Assembly (NCBI GenBank): GCA_013239625.1
Contig: MU054098.1
Span: 248,001-312,000 of the forward strand
Reading direction: 5' to 3'
Origin: Lama guanicoe
Taxonomy: Eukaryota
DNA length: 64,000 nt
Below the pieces are notes generated by a model that was not told where the DNA came from, did not search any database, and saw only the letters and a program-made list of their open reading frames with translations. Below, one piece after another: positions 1-14,490 of this stretch. The position numbers were made by a program, and so were the translations under genes. Position 1 is the first letter of the stretch. Each line of letters opens with the position of its first letter.

Positions 1-3000
1 TCTACCTGCTGTTTTCAAGGTACAGAGGTTTTTGTGCTTCCTTTCTCTAACTCCAGTTAGTAATGAAAGTATCTTCCCTGGCAAACTTACCAGGTTGTGA
101 ACCAGACTTCCATTATACAGACACCCCACCATACTACATGCCACCCTTCCACACTGAACCTCATAAGTTCTGGTCCCAAAGCATTTCCTTAGTACAGCTC
201 AGTGTTTGCTTTGTTTGAGAGAGTTGCACAAAATAACCCGACAAAGAGGTAACTGTCTGTCGGGAAGCTCTTTTTTTTTTTAGAGCCCTTTGATATCATT
301 ATCATTTTGGTTTATAAGCTTTACATGAAAGAGGTGGGGAGGGGGAGACTTTCCTTTTCAGCACGAATAAATTGGTAGCTGTCCTACAGAGCCCGCTTCT
401 GAAGCCAGGTGCCGCCACTTAGCTTAATGTTTCATGATGTGTCACCCGGCAAATTATGAGTTGTTTGAATTGATTTCCTCCAAACAGCTGAGCTACAGCT
501 TTTGTTCTATTGACGTTCGTCTCAATTCCTGAATGTGTGTTGCTTCCAGACAGAAAAAAAATCCCATGTCTTATAAAGAAATGTCATTAACTCACAGAGC
601 CTGGTCTATAATTAGAAGGTTTGAGGGTATGCTTTTTTCATCCAGTGGAGCTACTCTGGGTTTAAACTCTTTCGCCGGTTCTTAACTCTTTTCTATCTCC
701 TTTGACTGTAATAGGCCATACTATTACCCTCATATCTGTAAAACCAGGTTATATTGAGTTTCAAAAATAAGGATTTATTTTTATATTTAATCATACAAAT
801 ATTGACCAAGTACTTAGGCTACGTCTCAGTTAAACCCTTGAGGAAAGAGAAGCAGCATGGCTATTGACCCAGCTCTCAGTGAGTTTCTGATCTTCCTGGA
901 GATTCAAGATAAACATTTATAAAATAATTATGGAGACCATCCTCGGTCTCTAAGTGACTATAATTAAATTGAATTACATCGAATGATTACATTGGATAGA
1001 ATCAAATGCCTCCTAAATAACGTTGGCCTCTAGAGGTTGCACACTGCTAGTGAAGGGAGTGACTGGAGTGAAGCGGGCCCCTTCCCTTCCATAAGAGCAC
1101 AGGGGCTGCTCTGAGTGAGCTGGACCATCTGTCTGTCTCTCTTACAGTGCATGTTGTACAGTTCAGTTGCATGTGGCTAGGTAAGTGGAACCACAAGGCA
1201 TTCTCATCTAGGAATTGTACACCAACCTTACTTGTCCTGCCCCCCCATACACATACACACACCCACTTAGGTGCTGAAGCTTATGAGTATGCATTTTTCT
1301 TCTATTATTTCATCAGTGTACTTGACCTTTCCTCAACTGGAGTGTTAAGATTTAGAATGGGTTTTAGGATAGAAAAAGAAGTAAAATGGCCTTTGCCCCA
1401 CTCCCCTTTTTTTGGTTGCTTTTTTTTTTCATAGAATGGCAAGCTTTATTTCAAAGGAATCTCAAAAGTAACAGTTATTGACACCACAACTACAAACCAG
1501 TAGAAAAGAATAAACTCTTATGCATACATATTCGATAAGGTATCAACAGGGGTCACATCAATTCCTGTTATTCCTCCCAGTTCCTGTTCAGCTCTTTTTC
1601 TGTTTGAAGACGAAAAAGTAGATCTGAAATCGCTCATGTCTTTTAAACTCAAACGCATCAATTTCAAGAAAGGGGGCAAGTGTTGCAGGAGATCAGCTAC
1701 GTTATTGAAATAAATTTCTCCATTACTATGACATTAATAATAAACAGCTTTCTTGATTTTTTCCCCACATTTTTAAACAGGTGACAGAAGTTTCCCATGC
1801 TGAATGTAATGAAGATGGTAAAAGCTCCATTACTTAGGAGACATACTTTTAATTATTAGTCACAATTGCCATGTAGAGGGATAGAGCCCCCATTTTCAAA
1901 AGCACTGGCTGGGTGGGCATCTGTAGGCCAAGAAAGTGAGAATCTGGGCAGCATATGCTGGTACTGGGCGTATGGGGCACCTGGGCTCTTGTTTTCTTAC
2001 TTGTAAGTCTACCTTACTCCACATACGGAGCTGCTAGATAGTCTCCAGATTGACTTCTGCCTTGCCTTGAAAGTGCTCCTGCAGGAAAGCTATCGTCATC
2101 TCGGTGCAGCCTGGTGATTTAAGCTTTACTGGTTCCTCTCACCAAATGCCATTCAACGTCATATTAATCCAGCCAAATCCTCAGCAGACAAGTCTTAAAG
2201 GGTGTAAGGACAAACTATCAATGAGACTTGGAATGATTCAGCAAAGACTGCTCGGAAGAGAAGAAGCCTTAAACCAGCAGTAGGATTTGGCTGGAGAGGA
2301 GAGGTGGACTGAGCAGCCTGCAAATGTGCCAGAACGGGTCAATGCGCTTGGTGATGTAAAAGTTCATGCTTATTGCTAGGGTACTATAGAGACTTGGGGC
2401 TCCTGTCTTTGTTGATGTTGAAGTCAAGCCAGGGAAACCCGAGACTGTGTGTTTTCCACAGCTGAATTTTAACTTATTACTAGAAAAGAAGATGCAGACA
2501 GAAGTGACAGCATTTGGAATAAAGAGAATAATGCCCAGGGTCTCTGCAAGGTGTACCCTGCACAAAAGCGTTGGGTGGGTGGGCAGGAGACAGGGAATCA
2601 CTAGCACAGGCACTTCCGGAAGCTGTTGCTATTTTGTAATCGATCCACTCACTGAAAGGGGACTCTTTTTTTTTTCTTTCTCAATTTGTCTGCCTACAGC
2701 AAGTGCCATTTTACAATTTGCCAGAAGCACTGTATATGCCAATAGTGGTCCTGGCAATGCTATTGACTTGTAGGAGATTGCTTTAGACAGATTCATCTTG
2801 CTTGCTATCTTCAGGCAGAAAAATAAACCATCAGTAATTTTCCTCCCTATTAAAACTTTTCTGTAGGTTCTGTGGCTTTATTGGGTAACACATTTCAACC
2901 TTTTAGTATTTTTCTTGTTTCATTCTGCTGGGACTAATAATAACAATCTTAATAATTAATAACTTACACCATACTGATAGAAAAATCAAAGTCAAAATGA

Positions 3001-3897
3001 AAACTAATGAACATCTGACTAAAGTCAATTTTGATCTCATTAGCTGGTTCATATTTACTGTTTGAACTGCTTATAGAAAGAAGGAAAATTCAAATGGTAC
3101 TACTTCTAGGAACTTGTCAGGTCACATGACATCAAATGGAATATTTATTGCTGTGATGAGATTCAGAAGATTTGATTTCTAGTGTCAGTATTCACGAAGT
3201 GTTGATTTGGGGCAACTCGCTTTCTTTTTCCGTGCCTCAGTTTACATGCTGTAAAATGATTGAGTTATTTCTAATGCTCCTTCCAGCTCCAGAATTCAGA
3301 ATTCTTTAATTCTATTTTATCATACTCAATACACTTAATGCCATAAGATATATTAGAAATAATCAGCTGGTCTAACTATCCTTCAATGTATAAAAAAATT
3401 CCATGGACCAGCTCCTGTCTGATCTCCTGTATGGAGCTCTGTTCCTGATCTTGGATAAGTCACTGTGCCTCTCAAGGCCTGTGTCCCCACCTGCATAGTG
3501 GGAATACTCTAGCACATACTTCTAGGGATGTCCTCGGGCATGTGTGGGATAAGACCTTAGACCCCTGCCTCCCTCACTGGTGGAGTGAACCAAGTGTCTC
3601 CCAATCTCAGCTGCAGGTCCTCGCTGGGCTCCTGAATCACACAGGCTCAAGATGTATTCCTGGGTCATGACTTTTTAAAAAGTCACATTCCCAGACTTGG
3701 AAAAAAAAGCAGCTTGGTTTATAACCTAGGTAATTAAAAATCCCAGATAGTCTGGCAATCATACCAATTTCCTCTTCTGAAACTTTCATTACATTATCAG
3801 AGGTGCAGATGATAGACCATTCCCCATCCTCTCACCCATGAAACCCTTAATTATTGTTCCTTTGCTTTGTTCAGGTAGAACTTTCCTCTGGTCAAGT

Positions 3898-4011
3898 GGG
3901 GAGAGGGTATAGCTCAAGTGGTAGAGCACATGGGTTCAATCCCCAGTATCTTCTTTAAGAATAAAGATATAAATAGACCTAATTACCTCCCCTGTCAAAA
4001 AAAAAAAAAAA
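3898..4011 (+). mobile_element. Camelid tRNA-derived SINE (vic-1 type), internally deleted
   Basis: gagggtatagctcaagtggtagagc (A box) ... gggttcaatcccc (B box) ... cctaattacctcccc + poly(A). Confidence 0.85.
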
Positions 4012-7000
4012 CCCAGCACCATCACTGTGGATGGTGGATGCCCTCAGTGCAAGCAGCATTCAGCAATCTCCACTCCTTTTCCAATACAAGAAGAAAGTAA
4101 GGGGAGGAGGGAGGATGAGTGCAAGTCTCGGTCCTAGGATTCTCCTTTGCTCACCATAACTGCCCCTCAGAGCTCACCTGAGGCCATAAGAACCACTGCT
4201 ATTCTGGAGTTTATTTTTAGCCATACTTTTGATGGTACCATTAGATGGAGGAGGGGAGATTTGAAGCATTTTGAATGAGCAATTCTTCAATTATTCCATT
4301 TTGCATTTATTCCCTACTTCATAAATTATGCTATGGAAAAATGCGGTATTGGAGCCTTCTTATGATGTGGCCTAACTGCACCAGCTGGGGTAGAATGATA
4401 GTAAATGAGTTGTTCAAGGTCAAGGAAGGTATGATTTGTCCAAAGAAAGCCAAAAATAGAACTGAGGTCTGCTGACTTTCAGCTTAGTTTAGCATCCAAT
4501 AAACCACATTCTCTTTCCTCTGCACATTTTATCTTCAGTGGTTTGCCATGGGTACAGATATTAGACAGCCTACAAACCTAAACGATCATAAAATGGTCAG
4601 AGGTAGTAAAACAAGCTCCATAGGGAAAAACGTATATGTCATTGTCAGTAACAGAACACAACTATCAAGTTCACATTCGCAGTAGAGGCGTCAACCTTTA
4701 CCCTTCCTCAGATGTCTTTTTCTAACAGAGAGCATGATTTTTTTGTTTGTTTCAGTTAAAAACATATTTTGAATGAAAGAGTCATACTGCCTTTATATTT
4801 GTGCCTGCAATTGAGGTAATGAAGTATGGAGTTCATTTGTGAATGTTTTGAATGGCAACGTCTCCTTGAAATTATTTTTGCTGGGAACTCAAATGAACAT
4901 TCTTTCAAAATAGTCACACTGTTGTAATTGGCAAGCCTCGGAGACGGTATCTTGGGAGGGAAACAACATGCAGTTGGAAAGGAATATAAAATTCATAGAC
5001 TTGCAACCTGAATTATCCATTTCATCCACCACATTTTCATGTTAAAACCATCTCCAGATGGAAAGACAAGATCTTAAAACCTTTCATTGTGAAAAATATC
5101 TATTAATGTTAGACACTGGAAGGACATTTTTTTAAGATTACAATTTCATTACATGTTTTGTGTACCTGTATGTTTATTCAGAATAAGTCTCATTATTTTT
5201 ATCAAAAAGAATAATTGACTATTTTTAAAGTTTCCTTAAAAGACTTTTAGAGGAAATAACGGGTTTGTCCCTCAGAGGATCACGACATACTTCTCGGTTG
5301 CGGCTCAGGCATCAAATCTGTTTAAGGATGCTTGAGCTACTAAACCCTAAAATTGCTGCCTGATCAACTTTGGAGATTTTAAACAATTGTCTTCAATAAT
5401 TAGACTTACGCCTCATCTTTTAACAACAAATGCACCTCTGCGGGAATAACCTTTCCTGATGATAGAAGTCCTTCAGTTATGGAGGGTAGGGGAAATGAGA
5501 TTTACTTCCTGGAAGCACTGGCTATATACAGAAAGATGAACTCTCTGAAAAGAACTTGATTCTAAAAGTGTTCAGTCTGTGCAAATGCTTTTATGTTTTC
5601 CCTCCTTCTTTACAGAATGCCATCAACTTCTCAGAAAAATAGCTTTCTCCTAACCCCTGGAAATACGCCTTACTGAGATCCCAGGGGTGATTGCCCGGGT
5701 CAGGCTAAAACAACCTAGAGGCCAAATGCTGCTGTGAGTTTTTCTACTCATGCAGGGCCGTAGGAAGAGAGTATGGCTACCTTTACTCAAAGTCAAGGAA
5801 TGGGGACACGCAAAGTGAGTCCAATTTTGTCGGAAAGTTAAATAGGGTTTTTTTTTCCAAATTAATTTTCCTAACCCAGAGTACATGAATCAAAGTGAGA
5901 TGTGACATTTCCACAAGAGCTCTAGTGTGTCAGAAACCACAAGACTGTTGTTTGCTTGTGCTTCAGAGAAAAAAGCATGTTTATAGTTCCTCTCAAGCTC
6001 AGAAAACAACTTTGTCTCAATGTGTTCGGTTTTCTTCCTCGAAAATGGAATTTAGTGGATAAGCTTCTTGCTTCCAAATTTTATTTTTTGATGATTTGTA
6101 TCTTCTGTTTCTAATAACACATTTCATCCCAAAGCACCAAAATATTTTTGGTCTGTCAGTCATCATAATAATAACTATGTAAAAAGAAAAAAAGGTGCAA
6201 GGCTGGTCAAATACTTTGTCCAGTTTCAACAATTTTAGAAAGGTTGATATAAGAAGGAGTTATCTACTTGGAAATATTTCTCAAAGTTGTGCTCATTCGG
6301 GGCTGCTAGCAGATCAAAAGAAAAATTGTTGAATTTAGCAGATAAATTGTGCTTGTATTTATTCTGACGATCTATGAACCAAATTTCAATAGGGCTATGA
6401 TATTTAAAAATTCACCGATGAGACAGTTTCACGTTTAAGCTGGGAAGAGACATGCCAACCAGCCAAGTACTGGACTGTTAATTATCATTAGCTATTAGCT
6501 GGTGGTTGCTGGCATTAGGTTATTTCTACATATATTGTGTAAGTGTGTAAGATAATACTTGTATTCTTCTCTTTTGATTTTCTTTCTTACAGATCAAAAT
6601 TACACCAGATTTCATTTATATATTTCCTACTCCCTTTCTCTGTCATCTTTAAATGCCCATGTTGGCTCTGAACTTCTTCCTCAGCTATTCCAACCCGCTC
6701 AGATGATCAAATTCAACAAATAGCCATTAAGCATCGCTATGGGCCAGACACTGTGTTTGGCACTTTATATGCATTAGCTCATTTAATCTTCACAATAAAC
6801 CTGCATGGCAGGTTCTACAATTATCCTCATTGTGCAGTTGAGGAAACTGAGTTACAAGGAATTTAAGCAATAGGCCCAAGGGCACATAACCAGTGAGTGG
6901 CAGAGAAGGTTTTAAAGTCAGATCTGACTGTTCTAAAGACAGATTTATCCATCATTGCAATGTTTCTCTTACCTATTATGGTAGCATGATTTGCACTATG

Positions 7001-9993
7001 CAATTTTATACTGAACTGTTTTAAAATCACCTCCTCTGTAATTTGTCTCATCTCCCTACCTACATGCTCATCAGAGTGAGGAGGGGCACCATATGTTGAG
7101 CCTCATTTTTAACTCCTGCAACCTCTTGAGGACTAGAAGTATAGCAGAGCCTCAGTAAATGTAATTTGATTTTTGTCTTCAACATTCTGTTATAAAAGAG
7201 TTACTTTAAAAATGTATCTCATTTTAAAAGTTCCTGTTGTTTTCTTTTCAATTGTTACAGGTTATTAACTGTTTCTGCAAAATGTCCTTTTTCCATTTCC
7301 TTATGATTAAGGCCAAAATCATTCAACTGGGCCTTCCTAACTTTCCCAGTGAAGTAGGAGGTAATGCTAGTGAAGGAAACACTTTAATAAATAATTACAA
7401 TATCTCTGTTTTAGGGAGGGAAGTCTTTTCTCCATGAAAAATTAATTGCAAATCATAGAATGCTTAAGCTGAAGGGATCTAGGAGATCACTGCATTCTTT
7501 ATTTGTACCTATTTCACAGTTCGTATGCCTGTCTACATTGTATTTCAGTCCTTTGGGTACATATCTTCTGCCTTCTAGGCTTATAATCTTCTCAAGGACA
7601 GAAACTCATGTCTGGTCCATCTTTGTATTCCTTAAAGTGTCTTGTACCATGCCTATCATGTATTCAGTAATCGTCAAAGATTTGTGAAATGAATGAATCA
7701 AATCCACCACCCTGTTGTTTGAGAGACGTGCAAATACATTCACAGTGAGTATTTATATGACTCTCAAATCATATTGTTAGTTGCCAACAGAACCAAGTCT
7801 AGAACCCTGTTATTCTGATTGCTAAGCCAATGATTTTTCATGACATCTTGTTTCCCAGCTTGTTAAAAATGAGCATGGAATTTCTCTGAGTGAGCATAAT
7901 CCATCATTTGCCTTCAGCTAAAACTCCTGTTGACTTGCTATGAATCCACTGGGAATATACACACTGTGGGAACCAGGACAAAGAACAAACACAAAGAGAA
8001 GGGAGAGTTACTTCTTCCCTCTTAGTATCCTTGGCCATGATGGGTTGTATGTTTAGTAGTGATAAGGCAGAATTAAGCTTAAGCACTGAGAGGCAAGTCA
8101 AATCATAACAGTGTAGGTGTTTGGGATACATACTAAGGAGTTAGGTCATTCTGTGCTGAAACTTCACGTAACTCTATGTGAATGTGTGTACCTGTAAAAT
8201 TATTGATAATATGAAATACTCTGAAAGTTAATGGTTATAAAGATTAAATCAAATAACTAATAACATAAGCCTTCAGAAAATGCAGAAATGTCTTCTGTAA
8301 ATTTCATTATGGACATTAAATAAAAATATTTTAATATTATAGGAAGTGATCATCATCAGTAAGAAACTTTACTGAGTGCCTAATTTGTGCTAGGATATAG
8401 GAATTGAAAGACAAGAAGCTAGAGTTCCCTGCCCTTATGAATTTATAACCTAGTGTCAGGAACCAGACATGTCCACAAACAGATGGCTACAAAAAAGGAC
8501 AAAGGGCGTGACTATGAAGTCAGTATAAAAATTTGGCCTTTAATCTTGGTCAGTGGGGAACATTAAAATGCTTCTGAACAGATTCGTGATGTATGTATGT
8601 AAAGTAATGTTATAGGAATATTAATCTGACCTAAGTGTGCGTTGATAGAAGGACAAGAGAAAATAGATATTAGGAGTAGCAGCTAATGTGTAATAATTCA
8701 TTTGAGAGGTAATGAGATGCAGACTGAGGTGAGAATGAAGGCGATATAAGTAAAGAGGCAGACCTGGGAGAGATTCTGAAGTCAGAATCTACAGGACTTG
8801 ATGATTAAGTGGACCTAGAGAGAGAGAGATATTTAAGTTGATTCCAAAGAGAGGAGTTAGTTTTTTATAATTGGCTTTATTATATTTGTTACCTTTATTG
8901 GTTTGACTCTATCCTAAGGCAAAGATGTTCATTCATTATCTTTAAATTCCAATATCACAGCACAAATTAGGCAACATTGCTCATGTATTTTGGCTTTCAC
9001 AATAAGAAGTCCTTATTACCATGAAAAGAGAATGGAAGACTTCATGATGGTAAAAGATCATAAATGGAACTTGAACTCCCACCATTGTGCTGAGTATGTA
9101 GTAAATGCTTAACAAGCACTTGAACTGAATTTAATTATTGGTTTAGTAAAAAGATTAAAATTCTGCTGATTATTTCTAGGTTAACCAATACACAGTCATG
9201 TGACCTTGGGAAAGTGATTTAACCTTTCTATATCTTCACATCCTGTCATCCTGTCGGAATTAAGGACATGTAATAATTCTAATGCTCATACTCTATGACT
9301 TGATTCTAAATTTGACTTTGTCACTCACCCAATCCTTTTCTGCATCTATGTGTGTGTTTCACTTCCAGCCCATACCTTACCTAGGACCTGGGTCTACAGT
9401 GAGCTACCGGGACTGGATTTCCCCTCTATTTCCCCATGCTCCAAAACACTCTCCTCTCTCTTAATTTGGCACCATCTCTCATTCTCCCACCTCTTTAGCT
9501 AAAATTCTTTTTTCCTCAGTGTTAATCCTAGCGAGGTGTTAAAAGTAGAGCAACCTGATCCAACAATTTCATATTACGTTATGAAAGACTGATCACCAGG
9601 AAGTTCCTCAAAGATTCTCAAACTTTACAAAAGGGATCTTATTATCCTGAGATTTCAGGCAAAAGGACAGAATAAAATAATGTAGTTTAGGAGAGAGATA
9701 CTTAGCAAGACAAGCTTTTAAATCATATTAAACATACCTGGCCCTGTCATACAGATGGGCTCAGATTCAGGAGTACAGATTTTTATACAAATCATGGAGG
9801 GCAGACTAGAAAGTGCACCATTTTTTAAATGTTAAAATGCACCATTTTAGACCACTGCCTGTCCAATTTTCATTTGTCCCACTGCCTGACTTCCAACAAC
9901 AGTTTAACAAATATTATTATCATAGAGCATGTTGGTGTTTTAAATATGGGTAGACTATGGTTTCTGCTCTCAAGGAGCTTACAATATACTATG

Positions 9994-10100
9994 TTATATT
10001 GTTTTTTGGGGGGGGGCAATTACGTTTATTTTTATTTATTTATTTAACAGCACTGGGGATCGAACCCATGACCTCGTGCCTACTGAGCTATACCCTCCCC
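9994..10100 (-). mobile_element. Camelid tRNA-derived SINE (vic-1 type)
   Basis: Reverse complement ggggagggtatagctcagtag...gggttcgatccccagt. Imperfect 14-bp TSD tacaatatactatg (9980) / tacaatgtaccatg (10103). Confidence 0.85.
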
Positions 10101-12319
10101 TCTACAATGTACCATGAATGACAGACATCTAAACAGATAAGTACTTCGAAAAATATTCACAGACATTTCGCCCAACTTGAGGAGTTCAGGGAAGGCTTTC
10201 AAGAGCTCAAGCCTCACCAGATTTTTTAAAAGGTCTATAATCCAGGTCCAGTGCACATTTTCACAACTGGCCTAAGGAATACAATCCGGATTTCTGGAAT
10301 ATATATCCTGGACACAAGGCAGAGATGATTTTCTTTTCCATACTTTACTGTTTCATGTAACTTGTTGAAGATTATTTTTTAAATGATGTGTATCACTAAA
10401 GCCAGTTACTTAATTAAATAGTTCTGTCCTATTCAGTTTGTCTCCAAAAGGCAAAACTATTAATTTCCATTAATTCTCGCCTTCTTTTCTGGCATTCTAT
10501 AAACCCTGGCTTTAGTTCATTCAAACTGTACATCTGTCGAAGAATTAAAGAGATTTTATAGTCTAGTAGAGAAAAAACCTGAAAGCCTTTTTATTTGGTG
10601 ATTGTCCCCCAGTTAGGTGAAAGATAATCAGAATGAAAACGTATTTCACGATGTCCTTCTGTTTAAGTGATTAAACTGAACTTCGTCTGTATAAAAGCTA
10701 GTCAAAGTTCAACTGAACTGTGATTATAAGAAAAGCCTTGGGTGTTTCTGGAGGCTGCAAAATACATGAAAAAAATCCTCCAAGTTCAATATACTCAGCA
10801 AGGGACTATCCAATTCCAAAGGTAAAGTATGGGAGCTGCATGTGCACAAAAAGCACAGTAGCCAAAGCTGCTCCCGCCGCCGCCGCCGTCACCCTCTATC
10901 CTAGGCCTTGGGTCCCGGCCAAACAGACACTCACTGGGGAATAAATGGTCTGATCTGTGAACAGTTTGCACTATGTAACTGAACCTGTTGAAAGAGAAAG
11001 CCAGGAATGGACTTACACTTATTACATCATTTTCAAGAAAACTGCCAGTTACTGAAAGACTTCTATGTGCAAGTGTGTTCTTTAGATGCACATATGCACA
11101 TAATGCAAGACACAAGTCTTCGGACCTCCATACTGCTCCTAGCCTCTTGAATTTTTTAAGTGCTAACTGGCTGCAATTGGTACCAGACATTTATAAATAG
11201 AAGTATTTTATATTTGTCAGTGTTTTCCTTGAGCTTCAACCTAGGCTACTTGCTGGTACTCGGACGCCCTGTTGGCTGGCTGTCGGTCACATAAGCAGCA
11301 AAGGTACAGATGAATATACCGGGAAATGGCCTTGGGGGCACTGAAGTAGATGTGCCTGTGAGTGTGAGTGATAGTACAGACAGAAAGGAACAAAGATGCT
11401 GGAAGGTGGGTTGACTCAGACTAGAATGAAATTGCTTTCCCTATGAGACATAATGTGCTCCAGAAGCTTCTAGAAGATTCTGGACACAGTGCTAGACCCT
11501 CCCTGTCTCCCACTATCCCTTCTCAAAAATTGTCTTCTCTTGTTTTCCATTGTCAACCTCCACTCCCACTCAATATATAGTTACATAGTTGTTCTTTTTG
11601 TCAACGTTTATCTTTTTCTTTCGTCCAACCCCTGTCTCTATTCCTCCCACTTCCCTCCATCCACACACACTCCTATACTCTAGGGACTCCAGACACCTAA
11701 TATGCTTCCCGTAAACCTACCAACTTTGAAGCCCTGCCAAAATCCTAAAATATCACCATCAGCAAATTCTGGGAAGACAATCTCTAGTGTAACATCTATA
11801 ACCAGCCACCATGCCACACTGGGTAGCTAACTGAGGCTGTGTCCCCAGGGGCCTTCCTAATACTCCTAGAGGAGCCCCAGTGCCCTGGTATCTCCACCAT
11901 CATCATCATCATTCTTTATCATGTACACTACGATTTTGAGATGGAAAAGTTAAAAGAGGAATAATAATATAGCATTGCATCACAGAGTTTGGAATGTGTG
12001 TTTTTCTATCTACCAACACTGACTAGATTTTTATTAAATTCCACTGAATAATTTTTCAAGAGGGAGACAAAGTGTTGTGTTTGGTGATTAAATGTCTCTT
12101 TGCCCTTTGGTGCTGCCACTTGAAGCCACATATCTCATCAGGGTTCGTCTTTTAGTCTGGGAAAAGGACTTAGCAGATTGCCACAATAGTGCCATCTATG
12201 GCTCTTCAGAGGCACAGGCATGTAAACCATTGAAGTGACTGATTCTAGGCACAAGTCATTCTTTATTAACTGCAGCTCAGCAATGACTCAGGAAAATTAT
12301 AATTAACAATAACACTGCT

Positions 12320-12540
12320 ACTGCTTATTAGTTGCCAGCACTGTTCTAAGTGGTGTGCATGCATTATTTCATTTAGTCATTACAATGACCCTATGAAATA
12401 TAAAGTAATTTTGTGTCCATCCTATCAACAAGGAAACTGAGGCATGGAAAGGTTATGTGACTTGCCCAAGGTTACACATCTACTAATTGTAAGAGGGAGG
12501 ATTCAAACCCAGGCAGTTTGGCTCCAGAGTAAAGAACCTA
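12320..12540 (-). mobile_element. MIR SINE (others near 6.75, 18.8, 21.0, 23.8, 26.6, 48.4, 54.1, 58.6 kb)
   Basis: gaaactgaggcatggaaaggttatgtgacttgcccaaggttacaca. Confidence 0.75.
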
Positions 12541-14329
12541 CCAGCTGTGCTAAAAAAAGACCTGAGGCTCAAGGACATCTATCCTATTCACTTAGAGCTG
12601 CCCCATGCCATGTTTGCAAACTCCCTTTCTTTGGCCATTGGCCACATGTCTCAGGGGTCATTTTGCAAGGTATCCTTATGTTCAAGGATTCCTTTGATGC
12701 TCATTTGACTCTGCCTTCAGGTGGAAAAGGGATTTTGGAGGGAGAGAATTGGGGGAGCAAGTGTCCTTTGCCAAAGGCATCTACTCTCTTCTACTCCTTC
12801 ATCTCATGATCCTCTTAAGAATAGCCCTCTTAGTTTTCTTCTAGTTCTATGTGAACTTTTAATTAAAAGATTATCTATAGAGATTTAAATAAAATCTCTG
12901 AGCAGCTAAGGGCTTATGGAGTTACTGTTACTTGAGGCATGGCTCAAAGACCACTTGTATCGGAAGCATTTGGGGACCTGGTAAAAATGCAGCTTCTGGA
13001 CACCTATCCCAGACCTACTTTATTTCTGAGGGTAAAGTCTATAAATCTGCATTAGTGAAATGCTTCCCAGGTGATTCTAATGCACCAAAAAATTTGAAAA
13101 CCAGTTCTCCAAAGCACAATGGTTTGGTGTATAAAAGAAGTAATAGTCTCAGCAACCGATGACCTAGTGGACCTGGCTCTACAAATAATTTCCTGGATGA
13201 CTTTGAGCAAATCATTTAATTTCTTTGGGCCTCAGTGTTCTCATCTGTAAAAAGGAACATCTCTTCTTTCCATTCCCTCAAAAGTTGTATAGATCAACTA
13301 TAAATGTGTATGAAAGTTCTCTGGAGTGCTATAAAAATAACACACATTATTATTATTATGGGTGGGGTCAGGGAGAACACACTGGAGAAGGAATGCTGTT
13401 GGCAAGGACTGAAGGGAGGAGACCCCAGTTTCTTTCTTTTTCCCATCAGAGTCCAGACAATGGATTATATTGGAATATATTTTGGAATTTCAAGGTTCTT
13501 TCCAACTCACACCCTCCCCCGTCCTTCATGTGTTCACAGTTTACTGTTAACAGCGAAGAAGGCTCCTCCTTTCCACAACATTCCTTCAGGTAAAACAAAA
13601 TCTGTCTGAGCAGGTTGATGTCAGCTCCAGGTTCCCATCAGTGCCCAACATGGCACTGTCAGTCAGGAAGTCACTGGATCTTTCCCCTTTGTTATTAGAG
13701 GCAAATGTATTAAACAATAGTTATCTGCACATTAGCAGAGATGGAGAAACAAAGCAGATTTTTTTTGTGCTCATTCCTGATTAGGCTTAGAATGGTATAT
13801 GCCACAGGTGGTCATCTTTAAGACACAGAAAATACTGTTCACTCTTCATGCGTAATGAGTCCAAACATTTCTTCTGTTTCTGATATAAATGGGGGATCTA
13901 TTTATTTTCAAAGTGAATTACTCTACTTAGGCCCCCTTTCCTACCCTCCACTCTCCGAAGTTTTAGTCAAAGGATTTCATAAAGGATTTCAACACTTCTA
14001 AGATTCAGACTGGGTCTAGAGTTTTGTCCAAACATCTGGCTTTCAGTTTCTGAATGCCTAGGTCATTCCTGCCTTTCGGAAAAGAATGTCTGCCCATTCT
14101 TGTCCATCCCCGGAGTGCTCCGACTCAGTGACTTTCTTCTCTGCTATTTTGACTTTCCGACCAGGAAATGGGATTTCATTAACTTTTAGCTTGCAGAGTG
14201 GAGGCTGTACCTGAGGTGACCCCAAAAGTCATTCAGATATTCCATCCAAAGGCAGGCAAGTGCTGTGTGGGAAATCACAAAGAGGAGGGGAAAAAAAGAG
14301 AGGGAGAGAGGAGAGATGAAATCAGGCTT

Positions 14330-14490
14330 TGACGAGCAGTTCAGCCGGGCCAGCCCCTTGGAAGCGCGCCAGCGCTGGTGAAGCGCAGCAGCAGCTCTGG
14401 GTTTCCGTCGGTCTGGAATGCGCTTCAGCACCGCCCAGCCTCCATCGCGTTAGACGCCCAGCGTTTGATGATTCAGCTGCTTCCCGGCTG
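14330..14490. promoter_or_regulatory. Isolated small CpG-rich non-coding element
   Basis: About 15 CpGs in about 160 bp within CpG-depleted DNA; no recognisable repeat or protein. Confidence 0.4.

Noticed and set aside
1024..1044. Weak CTCF-like sequences (tggcctctagaggttgcac; also 12189-12205)
   Set aside because: Mismatches at core positions.
1781..1817. Plus-strand exon-like segment (ttttaaacag|GTGACAG...GATG|gtaaaa); similar lone acceptors near 5615 and 6592
   Set aside because: No partner exons or protein similarity. A lncRNA cannot be excluded but is unsupported.
10873..10890. (GCC)n run suggesting a 5' UTR or polyalanine exon
   Set aside because: Only about 4-5 units, with no surrounding CpG island or credible exon.
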